From Candidatus Latescibacterota bacterium (GTDB lineage: Bacteria > Latescibacterota > UBA2968): a stretch of 64,000 nucleotides of DNA. The translations under genes and the position numbers were made by a program. A model generated the notes under the pieces. It was not told the DNA's origin. It was given only the letters and a program-made list of their open reading frames with translations, and did no database searches. Below, in pieces: positions 30,801 to 40,188 of the stretch (the first letter of the stretch is position 1; every line of letters begins with the position of its first letter). The stretch is from positions 3,968,001 through 4,032,000 of the forward strand of contig OZ242195.1 in NCBI GenBank assembly GCA_965205975.1, written 5' to 3'.

Positions 30801-31032
30801 AATTGACCTCGAACACACGGTAAAAAACCTCGCCGACATAGTCGAAATAATCATCAACGGCCAATCTCTGGGCGTGCGCGCCTGGGCACCTTATTGCTGG
30901 ACTGGCAAAACCGCCTATCTCAAACAAGGCAAAAATCGCGTTGTCTTCCGCGTCACCAACACACTCGAAAAACTGCTCACTGGCATGGTATATCAGCCGA
31001 AAACGCGGAAAATGGTCCCGGTTGAGATCTAA
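27889..31032 (+). CDS. Glycoside hydrolase, GH106/alpha-L-rhamnosidase-like
   Basis: PFWIWNG, WIHDEYRYPSG, RYDYF and GLPFYAGTVSY motifs; sugar-binding beta domains. Confidence 0.75.
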   Translation: MNPKNFITPPAADRLVPFWIWNGIIEENELVRQIREMSEKGLGGFCLSTGPGLKTPYLSHIWFDRVKLALETAEECGLHVWIHDEYRYPSGIGSTQITLDHPQFIAQQLTFRETVVQGGQQVDLTLPWAPVLHTLAVPLRRDRCLWEDKQDISAYLGVNHQHHALRDNKAVPAYRPHTYVSFNPTRRLYWKAPAGRWRVLVFLQEPSATSDCPGSHLDRFNPESVRTLHQTVQQPYIERFSAYQGKTLKGILTAETHFPNDRLPWSPALPEYFKTRNGYDLLSCLPALITYFGPNTGRIRYDYFQTLGELQQRHDSARSADWCKEHDLNYASDITPLRNAHRASISIPGTSGDLGVERAQEYTVSYRHSPEFATALAAQTSTSRVLNTCFQNAGWATTLQDMKAHLDTLGTHGTNFFAPQALYYTLDGLRKHATSLFHQNPYWEHFRLLSDYAGRLAYLLSQGHQVADIALLDPVTSLWAHLAHPLHNWSYVGYDPDEETLTNHLVADWACIARALYQMQRPFQSLDPALLAQAEIIDRQLQIGKTRYKVLIISPITNLEREAFDKLRAFINAGGLVIALGLLPIEDIQEGTSVVEGFSRLTDMDPGRMIRDYTGHESGVHLLSRDNFMFIRTGGTVEKNQASSMLERLLDEILPRRVHIMSDGKSADTIQYHHRTDEKHRIFFFANRGNSPVTTQIFIPASDGHIEKWDLETGKRTPLVVEPAGEMSRINLSFDRLQSHMIVTSPGHPKKEKEEPLVETLKLNLTGHWKVDPEEDNALRLDKFKTKFDPSNTGVHQGWHQPAYSDSRWPETRPQSFDNPEEKTICWYRTTFVSDIVPNKLSLVMDRSAIQGEHQIYINGSKLPSNAFRPTFRFDHANATCSIGQHINKGKNVIAIRVEVNSPGDGLADAMYLFGRFQLKSWRNIYPRLTPSQDSGPVFDFNAQGLPFYAGTVSYTRDIDIKTLPTTTRFKIDLEHTVKNLADIVEIIINGQSLGVRAWAPYCWTGKTAYLKQGKNRVVFRVTNTLEKLLTGMVYQPKTRKMVPVEI

Positions 31033-33116
31033 TCCTCACCTCCCAGCAAATATTTCTGCACCAGATACTGATAAATTTGCACAAAATCGCCTCGCCCATT
31101 ATCCGCGTTATAAAAATAACATATAGGATTGGGATTCACTTCCAAAACAAAATACCCATTGGAACCGGCGATCAAATCAATCGCGTAAAAACCCAAATCC
31201 AACACCCGATTTAACGCCTGTGTCAAAGCGCGAAAATCCTCCAACAATCCGTCATCCACGACCGCAATTGCTCTGCCTCCTGCCCGATGCAGCGGATTGA
31301 TATCCTCTCCCTCAATATCCGAATCATTTTGCTTTTCATATGCGAGCAACAACTCATCCTCACTGCCCACAATGCGATACTCAGGTCCCTCAACATAAGC
31401 CTGGATCAACAACACATTGTCAAATCGGCTACTTTCCTCACACAACGCTTGCAAACGCGATTGCAAATCCTCCGCATTCGCTTCCAAATACACGCCCTGT
31501 GCCATAGAGCCGTGATTGCGTTTCAGCACAACGGGAAAAGACATATGTTGCACCACATCGCTCACAATATCTGCGACAGAAGCATGCGTCTTATACCGAT
31601 CAAACCGCCGGTCAGATAGAGGATTAAACACCGTCATCGTCCTGGGCACTGTGATATTCGCTCGATCAAACAACTCGTATTGATATCCTTTATCTTCGGC
31701 CAACTTCCCAGAAACATAATCGTTAAACGGATGTTTATTTCGCAAAAAATACAGCGGCTTTCCGTCTCTCGCCACTCGAATCACATTGCCATTTGCCGAT
31801 ACCGCCTCATACCCGACGCCCAAATTGCGACACGCGATTTCAAGACATTGCAAACTCTCTAAAATCACATCCTCCCCAAAACTATCCACCTCTCTGGGCA
31901 AATCCAACACCTCGCGTGCCAACGCCACCAGATGCAGCGACCCGAGTACACACGTAGGCTGTTGGGACACCTCAGTCAAAAAATCCAATCCCCCAGTTTC
32001 ACACCGCACGCACAGCCCCTCTGGAACCAGCGATTTCAAGCTCGCCGCAGAAATAGCTTTGGGATGCGCCGACTGAGTCAAAACAACCTCGGCGGCCAGA
32101 GGCGCAAGTGCCTGCAAAATACCTCGTGCATCGTGTCCTTTATTAACACCCACCACAAAACGCCACTTATTCGATAGAACTTGCAAATCGCGCACCAAAG
32201 CGCGAACCGCATCCGGATTGTGGGCACCATCTAAAATCAAAGGAGGCGTCTTCCGAATCACCTCAAATCGCCCGGGCAAAGAACCATTCAAAATCACATC
32301 CCGCACCCGTTCATCCGGCAACACCATCCCGCACCCATCTACAATATGACGCGCCACACCAACCGACAGCGCGGCATTTTTCCGAAACGCAACCGATCGA
32401 TCCGCCATATCGTCCATTTCCTCATCGACCACCTGCAACGCCGCACCCCGACGCACACATTCCCTTTCCAACAACTTCAAAATCTCGGCTGCCTGCCCTG
32501 ACCCCGTAAACAGCGGCCTTCCCGATCGCGCAATATGTACCTTATCCGCCGCAATCTCACACAGCGTATTGCCCAACACATCCACATGATCCAGATGAAC
32601 AGCCGTCAACACAGCAACTTTTGAATCCCATGCATTGGTCGCGTCAAATTGCCCACCCAGTCCCACTTCAAAAACAGCCCAATCCACATTCGCCCGCGCA
32701 AAATGATGAGCCGCCAAAACCGTGAGCGCCTCAAACTTGCTAAACGCGCCCCAGCCTTCGCGCTCAAAATCGCGGCTCTTTTCGTAAAAATGCGCAACAC
32801 CTTCGGCCCACACATCACGCCTGATAATCTCGCCATCAACACATATCCGCTCGCGCACCGTATGCAAATGCGGCGACGTATAAAGCCCCACGCGAAAACC
32901 CGCTGCCCGCAATAACTCCGCCAGCAAATAACTCACCGTACCTTTGCCATTTGTACCCCCCACAATAACAGAGTCAAACCGCGCCTGGGGATTATCCATG
33001 CGGTGCAACAGCGCGCGCACACGCGGCAAATAATTTTTCAGCGCACCCTCTACCGGCTCACCCATCTCCCAATCGGGCAACGTATTGAGAAACCGATTGC
33101 TTCGAAAATAATTCAT
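31029..33116 (-). CDS. folC: FolC (folylpolyglutamate/dihydrofolate synthase) fused to a RimK-like ATP-grasp domain
   Basis: FolC motifs GTNGKGT, YTSPHL, EVGLGG..DATN and DGAHN, then PVVLKRNHGSMAQGV, LIQAYV and LEVNPNP. Confidence 0.85.
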   Translation of the reverse strand: MNYFRSNRFLNTLPDWEMGEPVEGALKNYLPRVRALLHRMDNPQARFDSVIVGGTNGKGTVSYLLAELLRAAGFRVGLYTSPHLHTVRERICVDGEIIRRDVWAEGVAHFYEKSRDFEREGWGAFSKFEALTVLAAHHFARANVDWAVFEVGLGGQFDATNAWDSKVAVLTAVHLDHVDVLGNTLCEIAADKVHIARSGRPLFTGSGQAAEILKLLERECVRRGAALQVVDEEMDDMADRSVAFRKNAALSVGVARHIVDGCGMVLPDERVRDVILNGSLPGRFEVIRKTPPLILDGAHNPDAVRALVRDLQVLSNKWRFVVGVNKGHDARGILQALAPLAAEVVLTQSAHPKAISAASLKSLVPEGLCVRCETGGLDFLTEVSQQPTCVLGSLHLVALAREVLDLPREVDSFGEDVILESLQCLEIACRNLGVGYEAVSANGNVIRVARDGKPLYFLRNKHPFNDYVSGKLAEDKGYQYELFDRANITVPRTMTVFNPLSDRRFDRYKTHASVADIVSDVVQHMSFPVVLKRNHGSMAQGVYLEANAEDLQSRLQALCEESSRFDNVLLIQAYVEGPEYRIVGSEDELLLAYEKQNDSDIEGEDINPLHRAGGRAIAVVDDGLLEDFRALTQALNRVLDLGFYAIDLIAGSNGYFVLEVNPNPICYFYNADNGRGDFVQIYQYLVQKYLLGGED

Positions 33117-33187
33117 CTTTACCTTTCGAATTAATGCATATTATGTAACGGGCAGGCACGGGGACCCGCCCCTTTTCCGAGGAACCG

Positions 33188-34441
33188 ATGGAACGCATTG
33201 TCGATCCAAAATACCGCTTCGCTTTCTCCTTTAAAACCGACCGACCATACTACCGCAAGTGCTATTGGGAAAATCTCTATGTCTTCACCTATGGCGCAGA
33301 TCGCGTAATCGTTGCAACGCGCGTAGTTCCCTTCACCTCACTACACGAAGCGCTCTACACCGCCTTCAAAGGACAGCGGGGCAACACCCTCACACAGCAT
33401 CTGTTGCCCGAAGCAATACAACAACCCCATCTCAATGTATTCAAAAACGAATCTCAAGTTCAAATCTTTGCAGACAACATCTCTGCCCTCGTGCCCGAAC
33501 AGAACACAGAACTCCCCGAAGAACTCATAGAAAAAACAGAAGCGGAAATAGAAGAAGCCGCTTCTCGAATCATGATCAGACAGGGCATAGAAGGCGGGCT
33601 TGGTAGCTTTGCCTCAGGAGAAACCACGCCTTTTCTCGCCAGCGACGACCCCGATGAACCAACCCGGTCCATCGTGCGGGAAGACGACGAAGACGCCGCA
33701 CTGATCCAGATGAGCGTACAAATCGACGCCGCCATCAAAAAACACATACGCGAATCGGGCGAAGGCGCATTCGACATCGCTGCGCGACTATACACAAACC
33801 CCCGTTACCTCGGCTTTGTGCGTCGTCTCATCAACGCCAAAGGCAGTTATACCTCGCCCGTTGTCCGGGACTTTCTCAAATTTTATGCGCGATGCTTCAA
33901 CATCAAAATCTCCGAACATCTTCGACAGAGCAAAGACGACCCCGACATCTTGCACCAGCGCATTGAAAGCCTATTGGGCCGCGAAAAAGGCGGAAGCTAT
34001 CACTACCTCAACTATCACGACCTCACCATATTGGGACGCGTTGTCAAAGGCGAACTCGAACCCGACCCGGACGACCCCGACAAGACCACACACTGCTTCA
34101 AACTATCCAACACCATTGACGCACAAACCCTTCGCCTATCCGAAATTCACGACCCGGTGCAGCGATTCGCAATCCGCAAATTCGTCGAACACACCTTCAA
34201 TGCCCGCCACAACATCAAAAATATTCAATACATCGACGAAATCTCTCGGCGAAAAATCCCCTTCGTCCAGCACCTTCCCGACCCCATCGAACGCGCTTTG
34301 CGCTCGGGCATCGAAACACTCGAAAACTATCTCGATCGCCTCGAACCTCAGATGCTCCAAATCGCCATCGGCGCCCTTCTCCTATCACTACTCGGCGTCG
34401 TTGCCCTCGCCCTGGGCGCATTTATCGGCCTGGCAAGATGA
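33188..34441 (+). CDS. Hypothetical protein with a C-terminal membrane anchor
   Basis: 417-aa ORF with host-like codon usage and a hydrophobic tail. Confidence 0.75.
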   Translation: MERIVDPKYRFAFSFKTDRPYYRKCYWENLYVFTYGADRVIVATRVVPFTSLHEALYTAFKGQRGNTLTQHLLPEAIQQPHLNVFKNESQVQIFADNISALVPEQNTELPEELIEKTEAEIEEAASRIMIRQGIEGGLGSFASGETTPFLASDDPDEPTRSIVREDDEDAALIQMSVQIDAAIKKHIRESGEGAFDIAARLYTNPRYLGFVRRLINAKGSYTSPVVRDFLKFYARCFNIKISEHLRQSKDDPDILHQRIESLLGREKGGSYHYLNYHDLTILGRVVKGELEPDPDDPDKTTHCFKLSNTIDAQTLRLSEIHDPVQRFAIRKFVEHTFNARHNIKNIQYIDEISRRKIPFVQHLPDPIERALRSGIETLENYLDRLEPQMLQIAIGALLLSLLGVVALALGAFIGLAR

Positions 34442-34513
34442 AAAGGACGAAAAATTTTTCGCCCCTACCCTCTCGCGTCTTGTATCTTACCTTTTATCGG
34501 TGTTTATCTGCGT

Positions 34514-36403
34514 TCATCTGCGGATCACACTCGCCACTGTCGGACCGAGCCCCTGTTTCAAAAAGCGAACAAAAACATCCACATCGCGCGTCATCCCAGG
34601 AAAATGTGCAATCTCTTTTCCCTCGGGTGTCATAATAGCGTATAAAGGCAGTGCAACCGTACCAAAATTAGCCTCCTGCAAATCGCGATTGCGCTTGTAC
34701 TTTTCCCCCCGCCCATCTGTGTACAACTGAACCCGTACAAACTGCTTTAACAATGCATGCACCTCCTTTTCGGGAAAAATATTCGCCTCCATCCAGCGGC
34801 AATTCGTACACGCATAGCCCGTAAAATCGATAAATACCGGTTTGCCCGCCGCCTTTGCCTCTGCCAAACCCGCCTCGTAATCATCGCGCCAGGTCAGTTC
34901 GGGTTCACCGCTCCTTATCTTGGCAATTTCGCCATAACTGCCATAAGGCGGGAAAAATGCGTCCCACTCGCCCAGGGGCGCGCCAAAAAGACCCGTCATC
35001 AAATACAGCCCAAAAGCCAAACATCCACTACTCGCCAGCAAACGCAACGGACCAATCGTATCGAGCACAGAATCGTGCGGCAATCGGATTTTTCCCAACA
35101 AATAAAAACCACACAGCAAAAATATCGCAATCCACCCCGCAATAAAGACCTCGCGCGAAATAATACCCCACTGCCACACCAGATCGACATTGCTCAAAAA
35201 TTTCAACGCAGCGGCCAATTCCAAAAACCCCATTACCACCTTCACGGAATTTAACCAGCCACCGCTTTGGGGCAGAGAAGAAAGCGCCTGCGGAAAAAGT
35301 GCCAAAAAGAAAAACGGAGAGGCAAAAGCAGCCGAAAATACCAGCATGCCCAAAATGGGCCACGCCCACGTTCCCTGAGCCGTCAGCACCAGCAACGTCC
35401 CCACAAAAGGCGCAGTACACGTAAACGACGTAAGAGAAAACGTGAACCCCATAATTAAAATCGCGCCATAACTTCCACCCTGAACCTGATTCAACTTATT
35501 GAGCAAACCGTAAGGCAATCGAATCTCAAACAGCCCAAACAATGCCAGCGCAAAAGCCACAAAAATCGCAGTAATCAACAAATTGACCCAGGGATTGGCC
35601 GCAAACAGAGCCGCACCAGACGCGCCCAGAGTCGCCGCCAACACCATACCCAACCCGGTAAACGTAAAAATAATACCCCCGCAATAAACCAGCGACTTGG
35701 TAACAGACTCCCTCCGGCTCTGCGTTTCCTGCTTGGTAAAAAACGACACTGTAATGGGAATCATCGGAAACACACAGGGCGTGAGCAAAGCCAGAAAACC
35801 CATCCACAAAGACAGGTACAAAAACGCGCTCAAACCCTCTGTAATCGCACGCTCAACATCGGCTACGCTACCCGTGCCATCCAGAGGTACAGCGGGCGCT
35901 TCAACAGAAGAAAACACATACTCAGCCCGCGCAGGTCCCGCTTCCACCATCACGGGAACCTCAAAAGTGTACGTATTGGGCGGCAAACACTGCGTCGCAT
36001 TGCAAAGCATATAGATCACTTCACCCGACAACACCCGCTCGCCCGGCCTCCCCTCACCCACCTCTGCCCGCACCTCAAACCGCACTTTGGGGTGGTAATA
36101 TTCCACATTCATCTCAAAATTTGGATCGTATTCCACAATAGGCTTTGGCTGAATTACCGCCCCCACTTGCCGAAACCCCGCGCCCGACAACACAATCTCC
36201 GTGGGATAGGGACCACCCGGCGGTGTGGTCGCCGAATAAATATGCCAATCATCGGAAAGATCGACATCGATCCAAACCGCAACAGCCTCCCCAACGCGCG
36301 CCGTTTTTGGCTCCACCATCACGCCAAACGAAGCCTCATTCTGGGCCAATGCGGCACTGCTCTGAAGCACCATTAAAACACATACCGCGACAAAAATCCG
36401 CAT
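34514..36403 (-). CDS. dsbD: Thiol:disulfide interchange protein DsbD
   Basis: WHIYS and C...QC (nDsbD), TPCVFPM, FTCTAP and CTNC thioredoxin motifs. Confidence 0.9.
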   Translation of the reverse strand: MRIFVAVCVLMVLQSSAALAQNEASFGVMVEPKTARVGEAVAVWIDVDLSDDWHIYSATTPPGGPYPTEIVLSGAGFRQVGAVIQPKPIVEYDPNFEMNVEYYHPKVRFEVRAEVGEGRPGERVLSGEVIYMLCNATQCLPPNTYTFEVPVMVEAGPARAEYVFSSVEAPAVPLDGTGSVADVERAITEGLSAFLYLSLWMGFLALLTPCVFPMIPITVSFFTKQETQSRRESVTKSLVYCGGIIFTFTGLGMVLAATLGASGAALFAANPWVNLLITAIFVAFALALFGLFEIRLPYGLLNKLNQVQGGSYGAILIMGFTFSLTSFTCTAPFVGTLLVLTAQGTWAWPILGMLVFSAAFASPFFFLALFPQALSSLPQSGGWLNSVKVVMGFLELAAALKFLSNVDLVWQWGIISREVFIAGWIAIFLLCGFYLLGKIRLPHDSVLDTIGPLRLLASSGCLAFGLYLMTGLFGAPLGEWDAFFPPYGSYGEIAKIRSGEPELTWRDDYEAGLAEAKAAGKPVFIDFTGYACTNCRWMEANIFPEKEVHALLKQFVRVQLYTDGRGEKYKRNRDLQEANFGTVALPLYAIMTPEGKEIAHFPGMTRDVDVFVRFLKQGLGPTVASVIRR

Positions 36404-36510
36404 ATCGATCTCCCTTCACATTCATCTGTGTTCATATCGGGCGAAAATTTTTCGCCCCTACGTATCTGCGTCCATCTGCGTCCATCTGCGTCCATCTGCG
36501 GATCACACTT

Positions 36511-39500
36511 CTAACGCCTCTTAATAACCAGAAGCGTCACATCATCTGTCTGTGCCGCCGACGCGCGAAATTCGACCAGATCATCGATCACCGTATCGAT
36601 CAAAACATCGGCACTTGCGCCCGCGTGTTCTTTCAGCAAAACCTCCAGCCGCGCCTCCTCGTAAAACTCTCCCGCGGCATTTTGCATATCCGTCACCCCA
36701 TCGCTATAGAGCACCAGCATATCGCCAAAATCCAAAAACGCACGCGCCTCTTTAGGCTCGGTATCCACCTCGGGCGGCAACGTCATACCCAGAGGCACAG
36801 ACATCAATTCTATCATCTGCAAATCACCACCCACAGACACTCGATAGGGATAGGGATGCCCGGAATTGGCCAAAACGATCTCCCCGGTCTCTAAATCCAG
36901 CGTCCCCAAACAGCACGTCACAAAACTCGCCGCATCAAATTGCTCTTGCAAAACAACATTCAAATTCCGCAACACATCTATCGGCGTCTGTGCCGCGCGC
37001 ACCTCATAGTGCAACATCCCGCTCAATTGCATAGCCCGCACAGCACCCTGCATCGCCTTACCCGACACATCTGCGGCTCCAAACCCCAGTATTTTCCGAT
37101 CGTCGTCCAACCAGAAATATGTAAAATAATCACCACCGACGTGATTGGCCGGCAAACATCTGCCCACCACCTCAAACCCCTTTTCGCGCACGGGATCTCG
37201 GGGCAACAGACCCATCTGCATATCGTGGGCTTCCTGGAGTTCCGTCTCCAACTCATCGATCAACTGCGTCTGTGCTATGCGCCAGCGCCTGTGCTTTTGA
37301 AACGCATATCCCGTCGTAACCAGCACGATGAGCAACGAAACACCACTCAACCCCACAAACCAGGGCCGTTGCCACACAGGCGCCAGCACCTCAAACACCT
37401 GCACAGCGGGGGTCTTATCCACATTAAAAGCCAGATCCATAGCGCGTACTTCAAATTTGTGAACACCCGCGTCCAGATCCTCCAACAAAACCCGGTTATC
37501 GCGCGAAAAAGAAGACCACGCTCCCACATCGAGCCGCCATGAATATTGCAATGATCCATCTGGCGTCTGCTTCCACACATCCTGCCCTGAAAATTCAAAC
37601 AACGCATTTTGATACGGCGCAATTTGAACTGGCGGAGCCAAAAGAAGTGTCTCGGGCGCATCGCCATCGGGATCATAACAGCCCAACCCATCAGACGTCG
37701 CAAACCACAACTGACCATCGGCATCTTGCGCCACATCCCAAACCTGTGTACTCGGCAACCCCTCTTGAATCGTATAGCGCACCCAGGCAAACCCATCGGT
37801 GTGAATCGCGCCATCAATCGACGAAGCCAACCACACCTTGCCATCATTGGAGGGAAATATCCGACTCACCCCATTAAACTGCGCCTCATCTGCGCCCGGC
37901 ACGCGCCGCCACCTCTGCCCATTGAAATGCGCCACACCCTCGAGCGGTGAGCTAATCCATATCTGTCCACCAATATCTTCGGCAACCACAGTAATCGGTC
38001 CACCGGGTATCCCATCAGCAGCGGTGTATTTGCGCTGCTCTCCATCCACCAGATGCATCACGCCATCCACCTGTCCCAGCCACAAACTGCCATCGCTCGC
38101 CTCGCAAATCGAAATGCCAGACCTCTCGGGATTGCTCTCTATCTGCGCCAGGCCCTCGGCAGTAGATAGAGCCGTCCAGACCTGTCCATCGAACCGATAA
38201 CTCCCTCCCGAGCGCGCAACTGCCCACACACCGCCATCTTGTGCAGGGCTTACAGATCGAAATCCCAATCCCATCTGGCGATCGGGCCTTATCACCTCCC
38301 ATACCTCGCCATCATAACGCAACAATTGAAACGGCGTTACAGCCCAGAGGTGTCCTTTTCCATCGACAAACAGATCAACCAATATCCCGCGCAAATCCCG
38401 CTCTAAATCGCGCGCCACATGCCAGGAACCCTGCTCAAATTTGTAAAGCGCATCATTGCCAACCCAGAGCTGACCACTTTCATCGAGCGCGAAAATCGAA
38501 GTACCGCGATCATCCATCCCCGGCCAGTTCCTGTGGTGCAACCATCCCGAAAGACCCAACCGCGCAACTCCACCGCGCGTACCCACCCAAATAGCCCCAT
38601 CCGCAGCAATACAGATATCGACCACATAGTTATTGGGCAATCCCTCGCGCTCTGTAAAAACTCGCCATTGTCCGCCCGCATCTCGAAAAGCCGCACCAGC
38701 TGGCGAACCAATCCACACCGTTCCATCTTGTGCAAAGCTAATCACCTGCACCCGATTAGAAGGCAACCCGTCCTCAGTTGTAAATGTTTCCCATCTCCCC
38801 GAATCATACCGCTTAAGCCCGCTCTCATTCGTGCCAAACCAGAGCGCGCCATCGTCACTTTGCGCCATCGCCAACACCGACACACTGGCCAAACTATCCA
38901 TATCTGCTACCGTTGTCCATTCGCCCGTATCCACATCCAATAATCCCATGCCCTGCGCAAACCCGCCCGGTCTTCCACCTCGCCCACCTCGCCCACCACG
39001 CCCACCCAGTTCACCTCGCCCTCTACCACCATCTGAACCGTCCGCCCCCCTAAAACCACCACGCCTACCTCTACCATCCGGTTCACCTCGCCCTCTACCA
39101 CCATCAGGACCCTCCGTCCCCCTAAAACCACCGCGCCTACCTCTGCCACCGGGTTCACCTCGCCCACCCCGTCCCATTCCAGGACCGAACAAAACATTGC
39201 CCCCTCGCCCCCCATAAGCGACCCACACTTTCCCATTTGCATCGGCCATCAAGCTCTGAACACCTTGAAGCGGCTGACCATCTAACATCACCAAATAAAG
39301 ATCTGCGCCATCAAAGCGCAACAAGTGACCTGCATCGGTCACCAGACAGGAGCGACCACCATCCAGCCCCAAAATCTGGCGCAAGCCTCCTCGCCCCCTC
39401 AATTCTTCTGGCAGATCAATCCCCCTCCATTCCTCGCCAAAAAAATAAGCCAGTCCCTGTCGTGCTTCACGACCAAAACCCCGCCCCACAGCAGCCCACA

Positions 39501-39786
39501 ATGCCCCATCGGGCGCGGCAACCAGATCCTGAATAGCATTTCCCGGCAACCCATCTTCAACCCCAAACTTCTCCCAGGAACGCCCATCATAGCGCGACAC
39601 CCCACCCAGCGTGGCAAACCACATCGCCCCATCAGGTGTCTGCACCACAGCCGTCACCACATTGTGCGCCAGCCCATCTTCTTGCCGAAAAGACGTCCAC
39701 ACCTGCCTGGCCTCGCCCGCAAAAACCTCGGCATTCAGGCAAAGAATGAGCATCCACATAAAAAACAAAACTTTTTGACCGCCCAT
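36511..39786 (-). CDS. Beta-propeller sensor / transmembrane / SpoIIE (PP2C) phosphatase
   Basis: DGLP.N.V...DG.LW repeats, Y_Y_Y-like domain, transmembrane helix, VGGDYF, ADVSGK, YSDGV and DDVT motifs. Confidence 0.9.
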   Translation of the reverse strand: MGGQKVLFFMWMLILCLNAEVFAGEARQVWTSFRQEDGLAHNVVTAVVQTPDGAMWFATLGGVSRYDGRSWEKFGVEDGLPGNAIQDLVAAPDGALWAAVGRGFGREARQGLAYFFGEEWRGIDLPEELRGRGGLRQILGLDGGRSCLVTDAGHLLRFDGADLYLVMLDGQPLQGVQSLMADANGKVWVAYGGRGGNVLFGPGMGRGGRGEPGGRGRRGGFRGTEGPDGGRGRGEPDGRGRRGGFRGADGSDGGRGRGELGGRGGRGGRGGRPGGFAQGMGLLDVDTGEWTTVADMDSLASVSVLAMAQSDDGALWFGTNESGLKRYDSGRWETFTTEDGLPSNRVQVISFAQDGTVWIGSPAGAAFRDAGGQWRVFTEREGLPNNYVVDICIAADGAIWVGTRGGVARLGLSGWLHHRNWPGMDDRGTSIFALDESGQLWVGNDALYKFEQGSWHVARDLERDLRGILVDLFVDGKGHLWAVTPFQLLRYDGEVWEVIRPDRQMGLGFRSVSPAQDGGVWAVARSGGSYRFDGQVWTALSTAEGLAQIESNPERSGISICEASDGSLWLGQVDGVMHLVDGEQRKYTAADGIPGGPITVVAEDIGGQIWISSPLEGVAHFNGQRWRRVPGADEAQFNGVSRIFPSNDGKVWLASSIDGAIHTDGFAWVRYTIQEGLPSTQVWDVAQDADGQLWFATSDGLGCYDPDGDAPETLLLAPPVQIAPYQNALFEFSGQDVWKQTPDGSLQYSWRLDVGAWSSFSRDNRVLLEDLDAGVHKFEVRAMDLAFNVDKTPAVQVFEVLAPVWQRPWFVGLSGVSLLIVLVTTGYAFQKHRRWRIAQTQLIDELETELQEAHDMQMGLLPRDPVREKGFEVVGRCLPANHVGGDYFTYFWLDDDRKILGFGAADVSGKAMQGAVRAMQLSGMLHYEVRAAQTPIDVLRNLNVVLQEQFDAASFVTCCLGTLDLETGEIVLANSGHPYPYRVSVGGDLQMIELMSVPLGMTLPPEVDTEPKEARAFLDFGDMLVLYSDGVTDMQNAAGEFYEEARLEVLLKEHAGASADVLIDTVIDDLVEFRASAAQTDDVTLLVIKRR

Positions 39787-39923
39787 TTACTCTACTCCTT
39801 CAAAGTTCACATCGCAACATCCATATATAATACCAATCCTTGCACCCCCCACAAAGAATAAACGCCTGTGCCCGCCATTCGTCTCACTTGATATCTCACA
39901 TGCAATGTCCTATTTTATGCGGG

Positions 39924-39983
39924 CTGGATCGCGGCTAAAGCATGTCCCGTAGTGATTCTATACGGGACCATGCCGCGATGACG
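39924..39983 (+). repeat. Dispersed palindromic repeat CTGGATCGCGGC-N-GCCGCGATGACG (this copy carries an insert)
   Basis: Other copies at 3943-3974, 40065-40097, 43060-43092, 43102-43134 (minus), 47115-47147 and 59413-59445. Confidence 0.85.
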
Positions 39984-40110
39984 AGTGCCTTTCGCGTCTC
40001 ACCTTCTTTCACTTCACCGTAAACTTGGACTTCGATCAATTGCACACCGTTCCACACCCCTCACCTGGACCGCGGCTTTAAGCATGCCGCGATGACGGAT
40101 ATTACCATGT

Positions 40111-40177
40111 CACACTTCTAACTTCACACTTCTAACTTCACACTTCTAACTTCACACTTCTAACTTCACACTTCTAA
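40111..40177 (+). repeat. Tandem repeat of the 14-bp unit CACACTTCTAACTT, about 4.8 copies
   Basis: Read directly; ends at the RBS of the sulfatase. Confidence 0.92.
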
Positions 40178-40188
40178 AGGAGTCTCTC

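Noticed and set aside
31029..33116. Cyanophycin synthetase
   Set aside because: Domain order is reversed, and FolC-specific motifs (YTSPHL, DATN, DGAHN) are present.
33124..33151. Weak dif-like string tttcgaattaatgcatattatgtaac
   Set aside because: Both arms deviate, and it lies in a short divergent promoter region.
40111..40177. Possible CRISPR array
   Set aside because: Head-to-tail 14-mers without spacers; no cas genes. The same applies to the 19477-19558 coding repeat.
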